64,000 bases of DNA from the NCBI GenBank assembly GCA_029775855.1, contig JARVJZ010000002.1, positions 224,001 through 288,000 on the forward strand, given 5' to 3'. The position numbers were made by a program, and so were the translations under genes. This DNA is from Nitrososphaeria archaeon (lineage in GTDB: Archaea > Thermoproteota > Nitrososphaeria > Nitrososphaerales > JAAOZN01). Below the pieces are notes generated by a model that was not told the origin of the DNA, did not search any database, and worked only from the letters and a program-made list of their open reading frames with translations. The stretch's first letter is position 1. The number at the start of each line of letters is the position of its first letter. Positions 28,614 through 38,919 of this stretch are shown piece by piece.

Positions 28614-30107
28614 ATGAATATGAATAGGAAGAGTTCATCAGCAGTAACGAAACTAGAAACTGGATTAGTGGTTGTCGTCATAATCTTGGCTATAGTGGCT
28701 GGCGTAGGATATTGGCAAGCATCTACAATAGCACCAGTCACGACAACAATAACTTCAACAACAACAAGAACACAGACAGTAACGCAGACATCAACTGCCA
28801 CACAAACTGTGACTACAACGTTGGCTCCTGGTGCTGCAGCCACAGTCACACAGACCATCACGCAGCCACCAACGACAGTAACGGCTACAGTAACAGAACG
28901 CGCAACTGCTACAGTTACACTCACACAGCCTGTAACTACAACACTAACAACGACAGTGACTGCTGCAGCAAAGCCGCCTGAACCCATCAAAATAGGAGTC
29001 CTCTTCCCACTCACAGGAGCAGCTGCGCCGATGGGCGAAGGGCACGTCAAAGGAATACAACTCGCTGCAGACATCGTAAACAATGTTTGGGGTGGAATAC
29101 CTACCTTAGGGGGAGCTAAGATAGAGCTCGTGATAGCAGACACTACTACAGATCCTAAGGTAGCCGCATCTGAAGCTGAGCGGTTAATAACCAAGGAGAA
29201 GGTTGTAGGAATATTAGGTGCTTACAGAAGCGCTGATACACTACCAGCGACTGAAGTTGCAGAGAGGTATGGTATACCCTTTGTTGTCAGCGCAGGGCAT
29301 CCTTTGATAACTGCGCGGGGCTTCAAATATGTCTTCAGAGCCCACCCGCCGGTAGTTCCTACAACCAACTGGGCTGTAGATCTGGTGAAGAATGTGATGG
29401 GGTATCAAACCGCAGCTATTCTTTGTGAAAACTCAGCTATGGGTCAATCTATGTATAACATGTCGTTAAGTAGAGCGAAGGCGATTGGGCTACAAGTTGT
29501 GCATAGCGAGCTATATAGCTCTGCTGCTCCAGACCTTTCACCAATGCTTCTAAAAGTTAAAGCCGCCAACCCTGATGCTATAATAGCTGGTTCCTATCTT
29601 ACAGATGCTGTGCTGATGGTGAAGCAGCTGCATGAATATGACGTGAACGTCAAGGCGGTTGTATTTATAGGTGGTGGCGTGCCACCTGAGAAGTTTCTGG
29701 AGTTGGCTGGAAAAGATGCCGAATATGTATTACTTACTGGTTTATGGAACCATGATTCTAAGCGTCCATCGAGCGTAGAGTTCATTAAAGCGTGGCAAGC
29801 AAAGTATGGTGCAGGCAGCTTACCAGATCAAATGGCATCCGAAGGATATGAGTCTGCTGTAGTGCTATTCGATGCAATAATGCGTGCACGCTCAACCAAC
29901 CCTGAAGCTATACGCGATGCGCTTACGAAGACCCAGCTCATAAGCATCTCAGGACCTATTGAGTTCGATGTAAGAGGAGAGAACAAGTATGGCTATGCTA
30001 ACACACATATTTTACAAGTTCAAGGTGGTAAATGGGTTACTGTCTTGCCAGCTGAAGCAGCCACAGCGACACTCGTAACACCTATGCCGCCGTGGAGCGC
30101 TAGATAA
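28614..30107 (+). CDS. Branched-chain amino acid ABC substrate-binding protein with N-terminal membrane anchor and Thr-rich stalk
   Basis: TM segment, about 80-aa Thr/Val-rich linker, then the LivK-type domain starting IKIGVLFPLTG. Confidence 0.92.
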   Translation: MNMNRKSSSAVTKLETGLVVVVIILAIVAGVGYWQASTIAPVTTTITSTTTRTQTVTQTSTATQTVTTTLAPGAAATVTQTITQPPTTVTATVTERATATVTLTQPVTTTLTTTVTAAAKPPEPIKIGVLFPLTGAAAPMGEGHVKGIQLAADIVNNVWGGIPTLGGAKIELVIADTTTDPKVAASEAERLITKEKVVGILGAYRSADTLPATEVAERYGIPFVVSAGHPLITARGFKYVFRAHPPVVPTTNWAVDLVKNVMGYQTAAILCENSAMGQSMYNMSLSRAKAIGLQVVHSELYSSAAPDLSPMLLKVKAANPDAIIAGSYLTDAVLMVKQLHEYDVNVKAVVFIGGGVPPEKFLELAGKDAEYVLLTGLWNHDSKRPSSVEFIKAWQAKYGAGSLPDQMASEGYESAVVLFDAIMRARSTNPEAIRDALTKTQLISISGPIEFDVRGENKYGYANTHILQVQGGKWVTVLPAEAATATLVTPMPPWSAR

Positions 30108-30132
30108 ACTAAATGCATACTCCTTAGGTGAT

Positions 30133-31002
30133 TTGATGTCGTCGGAGCTGACTGCGCAGATCCTTGTTCAAGGGCTGATGATAGGCGGCATCTACGCCTT
30201 GGCTGCTACTGGGCTAACGTTGATAGCTGGTGTGATGAACATAATCAACATAGCGCATGGTGAGCTTATGATGCTCGCCATGTACACAACCTATTTTTTG
30301 TATACAATCTTTGGTGTTGACCCTCTTTTAAGCGTCTTTGTGACTTTACCTTTATTCTTTGTGATAGGCTGCTTTCTGCAGAGGTTTTGTATAGAGCGTC
30401 TGCTTACTGGGCCTCCTATGAGCGTTATCATTTTTGCAGCTGGTCTTCTCTTCTTCGCCCAAAATTTTGCGGCATTTTGGTGGACTCAGGATTTTAAGGT
30501 TTTAAGAGGATACGCTACTCTAACTTTTGATTTTATGGGGCTTAAGTTTACTACAACTAGACTTGCTATCTTGTTTGCAGCTATTCTAGTGACTGTTTTA
30601 CTTTACATATTTTTATCTAAGACTAGGATGGGGCGAGCTATTAGAGCTACATCTCAAAATATTGAGTCTGCTGCTTTAATGGGTGTTAATGTAAAGAGGG
30701 TTAGGGTTATTGCGTTTGGATTGGGGGTAGCACTAGCTGGGCTAGCAGGTTCCCTTCTCATACCCGTCTACTATCTTTACCCCGCAGTAGGTACACCTTT
30801 TAGCGTAATGGCTTTAATAGTTGTGTTTTTAGGGGGCATGGGTAGCGTATTCGGCGCACTTATAGGTGGGCTTGCCCTTGGGATAATAGAAGCGTTTACA
30901 GGTTTCTATCTTGCACTTGAGTTGAAGGATATAGCTGCGTTCATAGCCTTCATCATAATACTGCTTGTTAGACCATGGGGGTTATTTGGGAGGAAGGAGT
31001 AA
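30133..31002 (+). CDS. livH: Branched-chain amino acid ABC permease, LivH-like
   Basis: GLTLIAGVMNIINIAHGE, GRAIRATSQN and GGMGSV motifs. Confidence 0.92.
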   Translation: MMSSELTAQILVQGLMIGGIYALAATGLTLIAGVMNIINIAHGELMMLAMYTTYFLYTIFGVDPLLSVFVTLPLFFVIGCFLQRFCIERLLTGPPMSVIIFAAGLLFFAQNFAAFWWTQDFKVLRGYATLTFDFMGLKFTTTRLAILFAAILVTVLLYIFLSKTRMGRAIRATSQNIESAALMGVNVKRVRVIAFGLGVALAGLAGSLLIPVYYLYPAVGTPFSVMALIVVFLGGMGSVFGALIGGLALGIIEAFTGFYLALELKDIAAFIAFIIILLVRPWGLFGRKE

Positions 31003-31965
31003 ATGACTTCGAAAAGAATTAAGATTCTGCTTCTACTAGTAGGCTTAGCGGTGTTGTGCGCTGTACCGTTGTTCATAAATGACCCAACAATACTGCACAT
31101 CTTTATCTACACATTTTTCTTCGCATACTTTGCTGCTGCCTGGAATGTTGTCGGAAGCTATGCTGGTCAACCATCACTTGGGCACGCGATATTTTTTGGT
31201 ATAGGTGGATATACTTCAACAATCTTGTTCATCAACTACGGTATCACACCTTGGCTCGGTATGTTTGTGGGTGCAATATTAGCGGCTTTAGCTGCTTTGG
31301 CATTAGGGTTTCCCACATTCAGAGTTAGGGGACCCTTCTTTGCATTCATAACTTTAGCATTCACGCTACTCATTAGCTTACTCTTCATCTACTTTCATGA
31401 ATACACTGGCGGAGCTACAGGCTTACCTGTTCCTCTAAAGGGAGATGAGCCTCTTCTCTTTCAGTTTAACAGCAAAGCGCCTTACTATTATACAATTTTA
31501 GCGTTTTTTATAGTGATAATGTTTGTTACATATAAGGTTGAGAAGTCTAAGTTTGGCTACTATCTGCTTGCTATACGTGAGGATGAGGATGCTGCTAAAG
31601 CAGTTGGTATACATGTCTTTAAGTATAAGATGATTGCTGCTGCCTTGAGCGCGTTTTTAACAGCGTTTTTAGGTACATTTTATGCTCAATATACGCGTTT
31701 TATTGATCCTCATGAGGCGTTTGGTTTGTGGCGAACCTTTCAACCTATGTTGATATCTGTCTTGGGGGGTTATGGGTTATGGGGTCCTCTTGTTGGTGCA
31801 GCGATATTAACTCCAATAAATGAGAGCATAATCATCATCTTTGGTGGAAGATATGCTACTTTTGGTATGATGTTGTATGGGCTTGCGGTTATGCTGATAA
31901 TGCTCTTTATGCCTAAAGGTATAGTGGGGATATTAAAGCGGGTCTACACACATTTTAGAAGCTAA
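31003..31965 (+). CDS. livM: Branched-chain amino acid ABC permease, LivM-like
   Basis: AGQPSLGHAIFFGIGGY, TGGATGL and AIREDEDAAKAVGI motifs. Confidence 0.92.
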   Translation: MTSKRIKILLLLVGLAVLCAVPLFINDPTILHIFIYTFFFAYFAAAWNVVGSYAGQPSLGHAIFFGIGGYTSTILFINYGITPWLGMFVGAILAALAALALGFPTFRVRGPFFAFITLAFTLLISLLFIYFHEYTGGATGLPVPLKGDEPLLFQFNSKAPYYYTILAFFIVIMFVTYKVEKSKFGYYLLAIREDEDAAKAVGIHVFKYKMIAAALSAFLTAFLGTFYAQYTRFIDPHEAFGLWRTFQPMLISVLGGYGLWGPLVGAAILTPINESIIIIFGGRYATFGMMLYGLAVMLIMLFMPKGIVGILKRVYTHFRS

Positions 31966-33236
31966 TGGTGTTTACTGAGCATACGGTAAGCGTATAAAGC
32001 ATACACCTTTGCTGCGTCTAAAAGATCTGACACTTTAGCGTATTCGTCTGCTATATGTGCTTTGGAGGAATCCCCTCCACCATAAGTTAGTGTAGGGATG
32101 GTTGCGGAGATGAAGTGCCTCATGTCTAAGCCTCCTTGGCATATTTTGAAAGATGGTTTTAACGAAAGAGCGTCTTCAACAACTTCAGCGAATTCTGTTT
32201 TCAGTTTCTCGTTTTGCAATACACAAGGCTCGCCGGCTAAAATGGTCTTCACCTCCAAATCGCTTCTATCTACACCAAGCTTATCTGCACAAGCGTAGAG
32301 GGCGTTAACGAATTCGCTTTTTGCTTCTTCAAATGTCTCACCTGGCACAGTGCGTCTATCTACTGTGAAAGAGATGTTGTCAGGCACTATATTGATCTTA
32401 CCACCACCTCTAACTACCCCTCCTAATGTGACTACTGGTATTGCGTCAGCATAGGGAACTAATTTATTGAACTGCTTTGACGGCAGCTGCTTGACATAGT
32501 TATCAGCTAAGCAGACGACAAGTCTACTAGCCCTCTCAAAGGCGTTAACACCAAGCCAAGGTGTTGAAGCGTGTGCTGCTTTGCCTTTTACGGTAACTTC
32601 AAGCCAAGCTTGCCCTTTATGCGAGTCCCATATGGTCTCTACTCCACTTGGTTCAGCTATTATGCAAACATCAGCAAATGTCTTCTTCTTTTCGACAAGG
32701 TATCTTGCACCTGCTTCTCCCCCTATTTCTTCATCAGGTACCGCTGAAAATGAAGCCACACCATTTAACTCATTCTTATATTCAGCTAGAGCCTTTAAAG
32801 CTACAAGGATAGAGGCTAAGGGTCCTTTCATGTCGCTTGCTCCCCTACCATAGATCTTTCCATCTTTTAGGATAGGAGTGAATGGGTCTGTTACTTTCCA
32901 TGTTCCTGTGGCGGGTACCACATCGTAGTGACCGTTGAAGTGTATATGGGGCCTTTTTTCCTTTGCACCTAAGTAAGCAAGTATGATCTTTCGAGGTTGG
33001 TGTTGGCTCTCTGGGGAGCGCTCCGCTACCACTTTATCTGGGACATCTATAATTTCTACATCTAACCCAAGCCTTCTACACCACATATCTATCTGATTAA
33101 CCATTTTAACATAATTTGAGCCTGGAGGGTTGACTGTAGGGATAGAGATGAAGTCTTTGGTCATTTCTACAAGTAGATCTTCTGAGCTTTTGACAGTCTT
33201 TAACAAATTTTCTTCTGCATCACTTAACTTGGCCAT
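31962..33236 (-). CDS. M20 family metallopeptidase/deacylase (ArgE/DapE-like)
   Basis: NGHYDVVP, GRGASDMKG, DEEIGG, AEP and AHIADE motifs. Confidence 0.9.
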   Translation of the reverse strand: MAKLSDAEENLLKTVKSSEDLLVEMTKDFISIPTVNPPGSNYVKMVNQIDMWCRRLGLDVEIIDVPDKVVAERSPESQHQPRKIILAYLGAKEKRPHIHFNGHYDVVPATGTWKVTDPFTPILKDGKIYGRGASDMKGPLASILVALKALAEYKNELNGVASFSAVPDEEIGGEAGARYLVEKKKTFADVCIIAEPSGVETIWDSHKGQAWLEVTVKGKAAHASTPWLGVNAFERASRLVVCLADNYVKQLPSKQFNKLVPYADAIPVVTLGGVVRGGGKINIVPDNISFTVDRRTVPGETFEEAKSEFVNALYACADKLGVDRSDLEVKTILAGEPCVLQNEKLKTEFAEVVEDALSLKPSFKICQGGLDMRHFISATIPTLTYGGGDSSKAHIADEYAKVSDLLDAAKVYALYAYRMLSKHH

Positions 33237-33275
33237 ATATCACAATAAACTAGCTAAATGATACTATTAGAACAT

Positions 33276-33671
33276 TTACTTTGCAGAACGGTTGTTGGGC
33301 TGCTGCTCTGAAAACTGGGAGACCTTTTCTTTTAGCCAAAGCGCGACTTGCCTAAAGGTTTCGTTAGGTGTAATGTCTATGATCGGGACTTCTATAGCTC
33401 CAATTTTTATGGTTTGTTGGTAGTTCGGCATAAGTGTGAATATAACTGATGACCAGATGATTTTCCCAGCCAAATATTCTTTTGCAACTATATCTGTATC
33501 TGGTGGCAGCATCATAGGTATAAAGGCTACACCTTCACACCACAATATTACTGCCGGTTGACCCATTTGTATACATTGGGTTAATGTTGCCGCTAGTGTC
33601 TCTGGCTTCGGGTAGTAGGTATATTCTTTGATTACAACTTCGCTGTAGGGTTCGTATGATATCTTCACCAA
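33276..33671 (-). CDS. Hypothetical protein
   Basis: Clean 131-aa ORF filling the gap between genes; no recognised motif. Confidence 0.7.
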   Translation of the reverse strand: MVKISYEPYSEVVIKEYTYYPKPETLAATLTQCIQMGQPAVILWCEGVAFIPMMLPPDTDIVAKEYLAGKIIWSSVIFTLMPNYQQTIKIGAIEVPIIDITPNETFRQVALWLKEKVSQFSEQQPNNRSAK

Positions 33672-33774
33672 TCTAATAGAGATTAGGGTTCGATGAATAT
33701 ATTTGTGTTGTCTTCAGCAAAAGAGATATTATTCTTTGTTGTATGAGGATACTTTAGAGGAAGGCTGTGCTTAG

Positions 33775-34053
33775 ATGACGGATGAGCGTGTAGTTGTGAT
33801 GGTTTTAGGCGCTGATAGAGTTGGTATAGTAGCTGGAATTTCAAAGGTACTCGCTGAAAATAATGTGAATATTCTTGACCTTACCTCAAGCAAAATTAGA
33901 GATCTATTCGTGATGATAATGTTAGTTGATATAAGCGGTAGTCGAGTGAGTTTAGAGGAGCTTAAAGAGATGCTAAATAAAGAAGCTGTGAAGATTGGTG
34001 TGCAGGTTTCTGTTCAGCACGAAAACCTCTTCCGCTACATGCATAGAGTTTAG
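33775..34053 (+). CDS. ACT-domain protein (UPF0237)
   Basis: VLGADRVGIVAGIS...QHENLFRYMHRV. Confidence 0.9.
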   Translation: MTDERVVVMVLGADRVGIVAGISKVLAENNVNILDLTSSKIRDLFVMIMLVDISGSRVSLEELKEMLNKEAVKIGVQVSVQHENLFRYMHRV

Positions 34054-35433
34054 GTGATGTTGTTGTATACGCCTGAGGAAGTTGTTGAGACATATGAAAT
34101 GCTTTCTCTTCAACATCTTAACATAAGAACGATTACAGTTGGGATAAACCTTCTAAACTGTCTGGACAAAGATCTCAGTAAAATGAAGAGCAGAATCTAC
34201 AGTAAGATCGTTGATACAGCATTTAAATTGAATGAATCTGTTAAAGAGATTAAAACTAAGTATGGTGTTGAGATAGTAAACAAGCGTGTTGCTGTTACTC
34301 CTATAGCCATACTGCTTGAACCTTTTGCTGAAGGAGATGCTTACGAAGCTGGGTTAGAGTTGGCTGCTGTTTTAGATAAGGCTGCTGAAAAGTCTGGCAT
34401 AGACTATATAGGTGGTTATTCTGCTTTAGTTCATAAAGGGTTTACGAAAGGTGATTTAGCTCTAGTCGAAAGCATACCAAAGGCGCTATCTACTACAAAG
34501 AGGGTCTGTAGCTGCGTTAACATAGCTTCCACAAGAAGCGGGATAAATGTAAACGCGGCGCTAAAGATGGGCGAAGTGATAAAGGAGACTGCAAAGTTAA
34601 CCTCTGAGCATAACGGAGTAGGCTGTGCAAAATTAGTTACATTCGCAAATGCACCGGAAGATAACCCATTTATGCCAGGAGCATTCCACGGTTTAGGTGA
34701 ACCTGAAATATCGATTAACATAGGTATAAGTGGGCCGGCGGTCATAAAAGCGATCGTAGAAAGAAGTCAAGGTATAGACCTTAGACAGCTCGCTGATCTC
34801 GTTAAACGGACTGCGTTCAAAGTTACTAGGGTAGGTGAGTTGCTTGGTAAAGAGATTGCTAAGCTTATGAATGTTCAATTTAGTACGGTAGATCTGTCTT
34901 TAGCACCAACACCTAAGCAAGGCGAAAGTGTAGCGAACATCCTTGAAGCGATGGGGCTTGAAAGATGCGGTGCTCATGGAACGACAGCAGCGTTAATGCT
35001 TCTAACTGATGCTGTGAAAAAGGGCGGCAGCATGGCTACAACCTTTGTAGGAGGCTTGAGTGGAGCATTTATCCCCGTAAGTGAAGATGCAGGGATGGTT
35101 GATGCGGTTAAAGTTGGCGCACTTAGTTTGGAGAAGCTTGAAGCCATGACTGCGGTATGCTCAGCTGGGTTAGACATGATAGCGGTTCCAGGTGATACAC
35201 CGGTTGAATCTATAGCTGGGATCATTTTGGATGAAGCAGCCATTTGTGTAGTGAATGATAAGCCGGGTGGTGTTAGAATAATTCCCGTTCCTCAAGCTAA
35301 AGTTGGAGACTATGTTGAGTTCGGAGGGCTGTTAGGTGGTACCGTTGTTATGGCTGTTAACAGATTTAGCTCTGAAAAATTTGTTAGGCGTGGTGGGCAG
35401 ATACCTGCATCAATACAAAGTTTTAGAGGCTAG
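34054..35433 (+). CDS. UPF0210/DUF711 (PFL-like) family protein
   Basis: IRTITVGINL, IVNKRVAVTP, NAPEDNPFM, GGLSGAFIPVSED and CSAGLDM motifs; typical pairing with the ACT protein. Confidence 0.92.
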   Translation: MMLLYTPEEVVETYEMLSLQHLNIRTITVGINLLNCLDKDLSKMKSRIYSKIVDTAFKLNESVKEIKTKYGVEIVNKRVAVTPIAILLEPFAEGDAYEAGLELAAVLDKAAEKSGIDYIGGYSALVHKGFTKGDLALVESIPKALSTTKRVCSCVNIASTRSGINVNAALKMGEVIKETAKLTSEHNGVGCAKLVTFANAPEDNPFMPGAFHGLGEPEISINIGISGPAVIKAIVERSQGIDLRQLADLVKRTAFKVTRVGELLGKEIAKLMNVQFSTVDLSLAPTPKQGESVANILEAMGLERCGAHGTTAALMLLTDAVKKGGSMATTFVGGLSGAFIPVSEDAGMVDAVKVGALSLEKLEAMTAVCSAGLDMIAVPGDTPVESIAGIILDEAAICVVNDKPGGVRIIPVPQAKVGDYVEFGGLLGGTVVMAVNRFSSEKFVRRGGQIPASIQSFRG

Positions 35434-36059
35434 GCTTGGTTGAGCAAACTACTAATGTAGCCAGATTCAAGCATCCAATACTCATCTTCCAATGTAGTTG
35501 GATAGCCGTGCCCTGGGTAAACCTTTATGTGGCGTGGTAGGGTGAAAAGACGCTTTAAACTTTCGAGCATCTTTGTGGGATCAGAGCCTTCTAGGTCTAC
35601 TCTTCCAATATTGCCAGCGAATAATGTGTCACCCGTGAATACCACATCTTCGTTTGGCAGATAAAAGCAACATCCGCCTTCAGTGTGTCCTGGTGTGTGT
35701 AGAACATTTACCTCTAGTGAGCCGATTGAGAATGTTTCACCCCCTTTGAAGAGTATGTCTACTGTTGGTGGTAGTGGGTTATTGGAGAATGGATTGTAGA
35801 GTAGTCTATATGCGTCTAATTCGTGTATGCAGAGCTTAGCTCCTGTTTTTTCTTTAATTTTGCTGTTGTCACAGATGTGATCTGGATGTCCATGTGTGTT
35901 TAATATGTAAATTATCTGCGCTCTTAACTCCTCAGCCCTACTTAAGATTTGATCCGCACCTAACGCTGGATCTATAACCGCAGCTTTAAGAGTTGCATCA
36001 TCAAAAAGTAGGTAAGCATTGTTATCAAGAGGGGGAACTACAAACCTTTCTACAAGCAA
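35430..36059 (-). CDS. Metallo-beta-lactamase-fold hydrolase (glyoxalase II-like)
   Basis: THGHPDH, HTPGHT, TGDTLF and YPGHG motifs; likely start TTG 36059. Confidence 0.9.
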   Translation of the reverse strand: MLVERFVVPPLDNNAYLLFDDATLKAAVIDPALGADQILSRAEELRAQIIYILNTHGHPDHICDNSKIKEKTGAKLCIHELDAYRLLYNPFSNNPLPPTVDILFKGGETFSIGSLEVNVLHTPGHTEGGCCFYLPNEDVVFTGDTLFAGNIGRVDLEGSDPTKMLESLKRLFTLPRHIKVYPGHGYPTTLEDEYWMLESGYISSLLNQA

Positions 36060-36130
36060 GCGTCTCCACCAAACCTTAGCAACATATCGATTTAAGTGTA
36101 TGTGCAAGGAGAGGGTAGATAGGGTAGAAT

Positions 36131-37051
36131 ATGGTTGCTAAAAGCAGAGTTGTCATCTTAGGCGCAGGACCAGCAGGATTAACAGCGTCAATCTACCTTT
36201 CAAGAGATGGACTATCGCCGATAGTTATAACTGGAGATCTACTTGGTGGGCAGCTTATGCTGACTTCTATTGTTGAGAACTTTCCAGGTTTTCCTGAGGG
36301 TATCTTAGGTCCAGAGCTTATGGATCTTTTTAAGAATCAAGCTGAGAGGTTTGGTGCGCGGCTAGTTTATGATAGAGTGGTTAAGGTTGATTTTATAGTT
36401 AGGCCGTTTAAGATCTATACTAGTAATGATGTGTTTGAGGCTGAGGCGGTTATAGTGGCTACAGGTGCTTCTGCTAGGTTGCTTGGTTTGGAGGCTGAGC
36501 GTAGGCTTATGGGTAGAGGTGTTTCTGTGTGTGCAACATGTGATGGAGCTTTCTTTAAGGGTAAAGATGTGGCTGTTGTAGGTGGGGGTGATGCGGCGAT
36601 GGAGGATGCGCTCTTTTTGACTCAATTTGCTAATAAAGTTATGATTATACACAGAAGGGACAGACTTAGAGCAAGTCCTATAATGCAGCAGCGTGTATTC
36701 TCTAACCCAAAAATATCATTCAAATGGAATAGTGTGGTTAAAGATATATTAGGTGAAAAGAGCGTTGAAGGTGTGTTAATTAATGATGTTAATAGTGGTG
36801 CAGAGGAGATCTTAAATGTTCAAGGATTGTTTGTTGCTATAGGTCACTTGCCTAACACTGAGATCTTTAAAGGGCAGCTTGAATTAGATGAGCGAGGCTA
36901 CATAGTGCTCAAAGAAGGAAGCAAGACTAGTGTAGAAGGAGTCTTCGCAGCTGGTGATGTGCATGACCATAAATATAGACAGGCGATAACAGCCGCTGGG
37001 TTCGGTTGTATGGCTGCGCTTGATGTTGAGAAGTATCTTGGGTTAAGGTAA
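36131..37051 (+). CDS. trxB: Thioredoxin reductase
   Basis: GAGPAG, CATCDG, GGGDAA, HRRD and FAAGDV...YRQAITAAG motifs. Confidence 0.97.
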   Translation: MVAKSRVVILGAGPAGLTASIYLSRDGLSPIVITGDLLGGQLMLTSIVENFPGFPEGILGPELMDLFKNQAERFGARLVYDRVVKVDFIVRPFKIYTSNDVFEAEAVIVATGASARLLGLEAERRLMGRGVSVCATCDGAFFKGKDVAVVGGGDAAMEDALFLTQFANKVMIIHRRDRLRASPIMQQRVFSNPKISFKWNSVVKDILGEKSVEGVLINDVNSGAEEILNVQGLFVAIGHLPNTEIFKGQLELDERGYIVLKEGSKTSVEGVFAAGDVHDHKYRQAITAAGFGCMAALDVEKYLGLR

Positions 37052-37057
37052 ACCTCT

Positions 37058-37474
37058 TTACTCTACAGTGAAGTCGCCGTTTGGTAGAATCTTGACTATA
37101 ATCTGACGGATTACTCTACTTCTCTTAACTTTATCGCTGGCTTTGAACCTTATCTCATCGAAGATTCTTGTAAAGTTTGCCCTAACCTTTATGTTTGCCT
37201 CATCAGCCTTATCTAAAATCAGGCGAGGAATGTCTACTAAATGTGTTCCAGGCTTTATTACTACACTCGTTGAGATACCGAAAGTCTTTAAGGCGGCAAG
37301 AGTCTCTCTGGCTAGCTTTATGTTTTGGTATGCTCTTTTTTCAAGTATGGTTACATTTTCTCGTGAGGTTTGGAGCTTTTTTGCTACTTCTTCTTGTGTT
37401 AAGCCTTGTGCTCTTAGTTTCAGCACTTCGATTTGCCTCTCAGTTAAAAGCCCCATCTTCTTTACAACCATCAA
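37058..37474 (-). CDS. Tfx-family DNA-binding protein
   Basis: LLTERQIEVLKLRAQGLTQEEVAKKLQTSRENVTILEKRA and GTHLVDIP. Confidence 0.88.
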   Translation of the reverse strand: MMVVKKMGLLTERQIEVLKLRAQGLTQEEVAKKLQTSRENVTILEKRAYQNIKLARETLAALKTFGISTSVVIKPGTHLVDIPRLILDKADEANIKVRANFTRIFDEIRFKASDKVKRSRVIRQIIVKILPNGDFTVE

Positions 37475-37490
37475 AGAATATATTTTTGGT

Positions 37491-37781
37491 TTACTCTTTA
37501 TATATAAAGCGGTTAAGCATCAGATAGGCTGCTGAAGCTACCATCAAAGATACTACTAAACTCGCAATATATATTGGTGGCTGCTGCCAAATCTGTTCTG
37601 CTGTTAAATCTTGAGATACTGCTTTAAGAGGTTTTTCGCTCTGAATACCTAAGGTGTCGATTGGCTGGCTTAGGTTTATTTTCTGGTTTAAACCTATGAA
37701 GTTTAAGCTTGCAGCTAGAGTTAATGCTAAGATTACTCCTGTCAGAATAGGGAACAACTGTTTATTTGGTTTCAACTTCAT
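37491..37781 (-). CDS. Small two-TM membrane protein
   Basis: Two hydrophobic helices; lies between two regulators on the same strand. Confidence 0.6.
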   Translation of the reverse strand: MKLKPNKQLFPILTGVILALTLAASLNFIGLNQKINLSQPIDTLGIQSEKPLKAVSQDLTAEQIWQQPPIYIASLVVSLMVASAAYLMLNRFIYKE

Positions 37782-37816
37782 AGTTAGTTACTTCCTCCAC
37801 CTATTATTTCTAAAGT

Positions 37817-38251
37817 TTAGAACGGTTTCTTCAACCAAGTTCTAAGGGCTTCATACCAGAAGGCAAGAGTGGCAGCTGAACCGAACATAAGTGCATATAG
37901 ATCTAAAGCATTTAGGTTTTGAATTACATATAGCGCTGTAAGTGTTGTAAAGAAGGCTGCGTAGAAGCTGAGTCTAGGTAGCATAAACTTGCCCACTTTA
38001 GTAAATGGCTGCAGAATTGCGACATCGACACTTTTTACTATGCGGTATCTACCGTAGTTGTCTTTTTCGACTAGACCCATGTTTAGAAGTTTCTCTATGT
38101 GGTGGAAAGCTACGCTTGGACTTGAGAAGCCTAATATGCGTTGAACCTCTCTTACACCTACTGGTTCATTTCTGCTTAAAAGATGTAAGTAGACTTTAAG
38201 TGTTTTGCCTCTTAGGTTATAAAGTGCGTCTTCTTTCTGTTTTTCAGCCAA
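37817..38251 (-). CDS. Winged-helix regulator with two C-terminal TM helices
   Basis: GKTLKVYLHLL...VGVREVQRILGFSSPSVAFHHIEKLLNMGLV followed by two hydrophobic segments. Confidence 0.82.
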   Translation of the reverse strand: MAEKQKEDALYNLRGKTLKVYLHLLSRNEPVGVREVQRILGFSSPSVAFHHIEKLLNMGLVEKDNYGRYRIVKSVDVAILQPFTKVGKFMLPRLSFYAAFFTTLTALYVIQNLNALDLYALMFGSAATLAFWYEALRTWLKKPF

Positions 38252-38319
38252 CTATAGTTTAGGAATAAAAGTGGTTAGATAAAAATTCTTATTCGCATCT
38301 TTACCTTAGTGCTGGATGT

Positions 38320-38919
38320 TTGTCTGTTAGAGTGGAAAAGAGGGGCATAAGGGCGCTTGGTATAGCTGAGAGTTTCCGTGTCGGCGTTCTTGAGCGTTCT
38401 TGCTTAGCGGGCGTAGTTATGCGTGCTGATCTCGTCGTTGATGGATTTGTTTTCGGCTCAGCTACTATAGGTGGTGATGATGCTACTGATGCTGTAGTAG
38501 GTATGTTTTATCGTCTTGAACGAAATGATATAAATGTAATCATCCTTAGAGGCGTTATAATAAGCTTCTTCAACATTATCGACCTAGAGAGAGTTTATCT
38601 AAATACTAATGTTCCCGTTATAGGCTTAACATTTGAAGAATCAGAAGGGTTAGATGAACACATAAAACACCACTTTCCACAAAACTGGCAGCACAAAATT
38701 CAGCAATACCATAAAGTAGGAGAGCGAAAGAAAGTGCAACTAAAGACAGGTTCAGCATTATTTATACGGGCAGTAGGCTTAAACGAAAAACAAGCCACAC
38801 AAATACTCAATAAATTTACGCTTCAAGGCGCTATACCAGAACCAGTGAGATTAGCGCATCTTCTGGCACGCACTAAATATCAATGGGATTTAGAGCGTAT
38901 TAAATTAGGCTCACAATGA
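38320..38919 (+). CDS. DUF99/UPF0215 family protein (endonuclease V-like fold)
   Basis: RALGIAESF, GGDDATD, FNIID and IPEPVRLAH motifs. Confidence 0.88.
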   Translation: MSVRVEKRGIRALGIAESFRVGVLERSCLAGVVMRADLVVDGFVFGSATIGGDDATDAVVGMFYRLERNDINVIILRGVIISFFNIIDLERVYLNTNVPVIGLTFEESEGLDEHIKHHFPQNWQHKIQQYHKVGERKKVQLKTGSALFIRAVGLNEKQATQILNKFTLQGAIPEPVRLAHLLARTKYQWDLERIKLGSQ

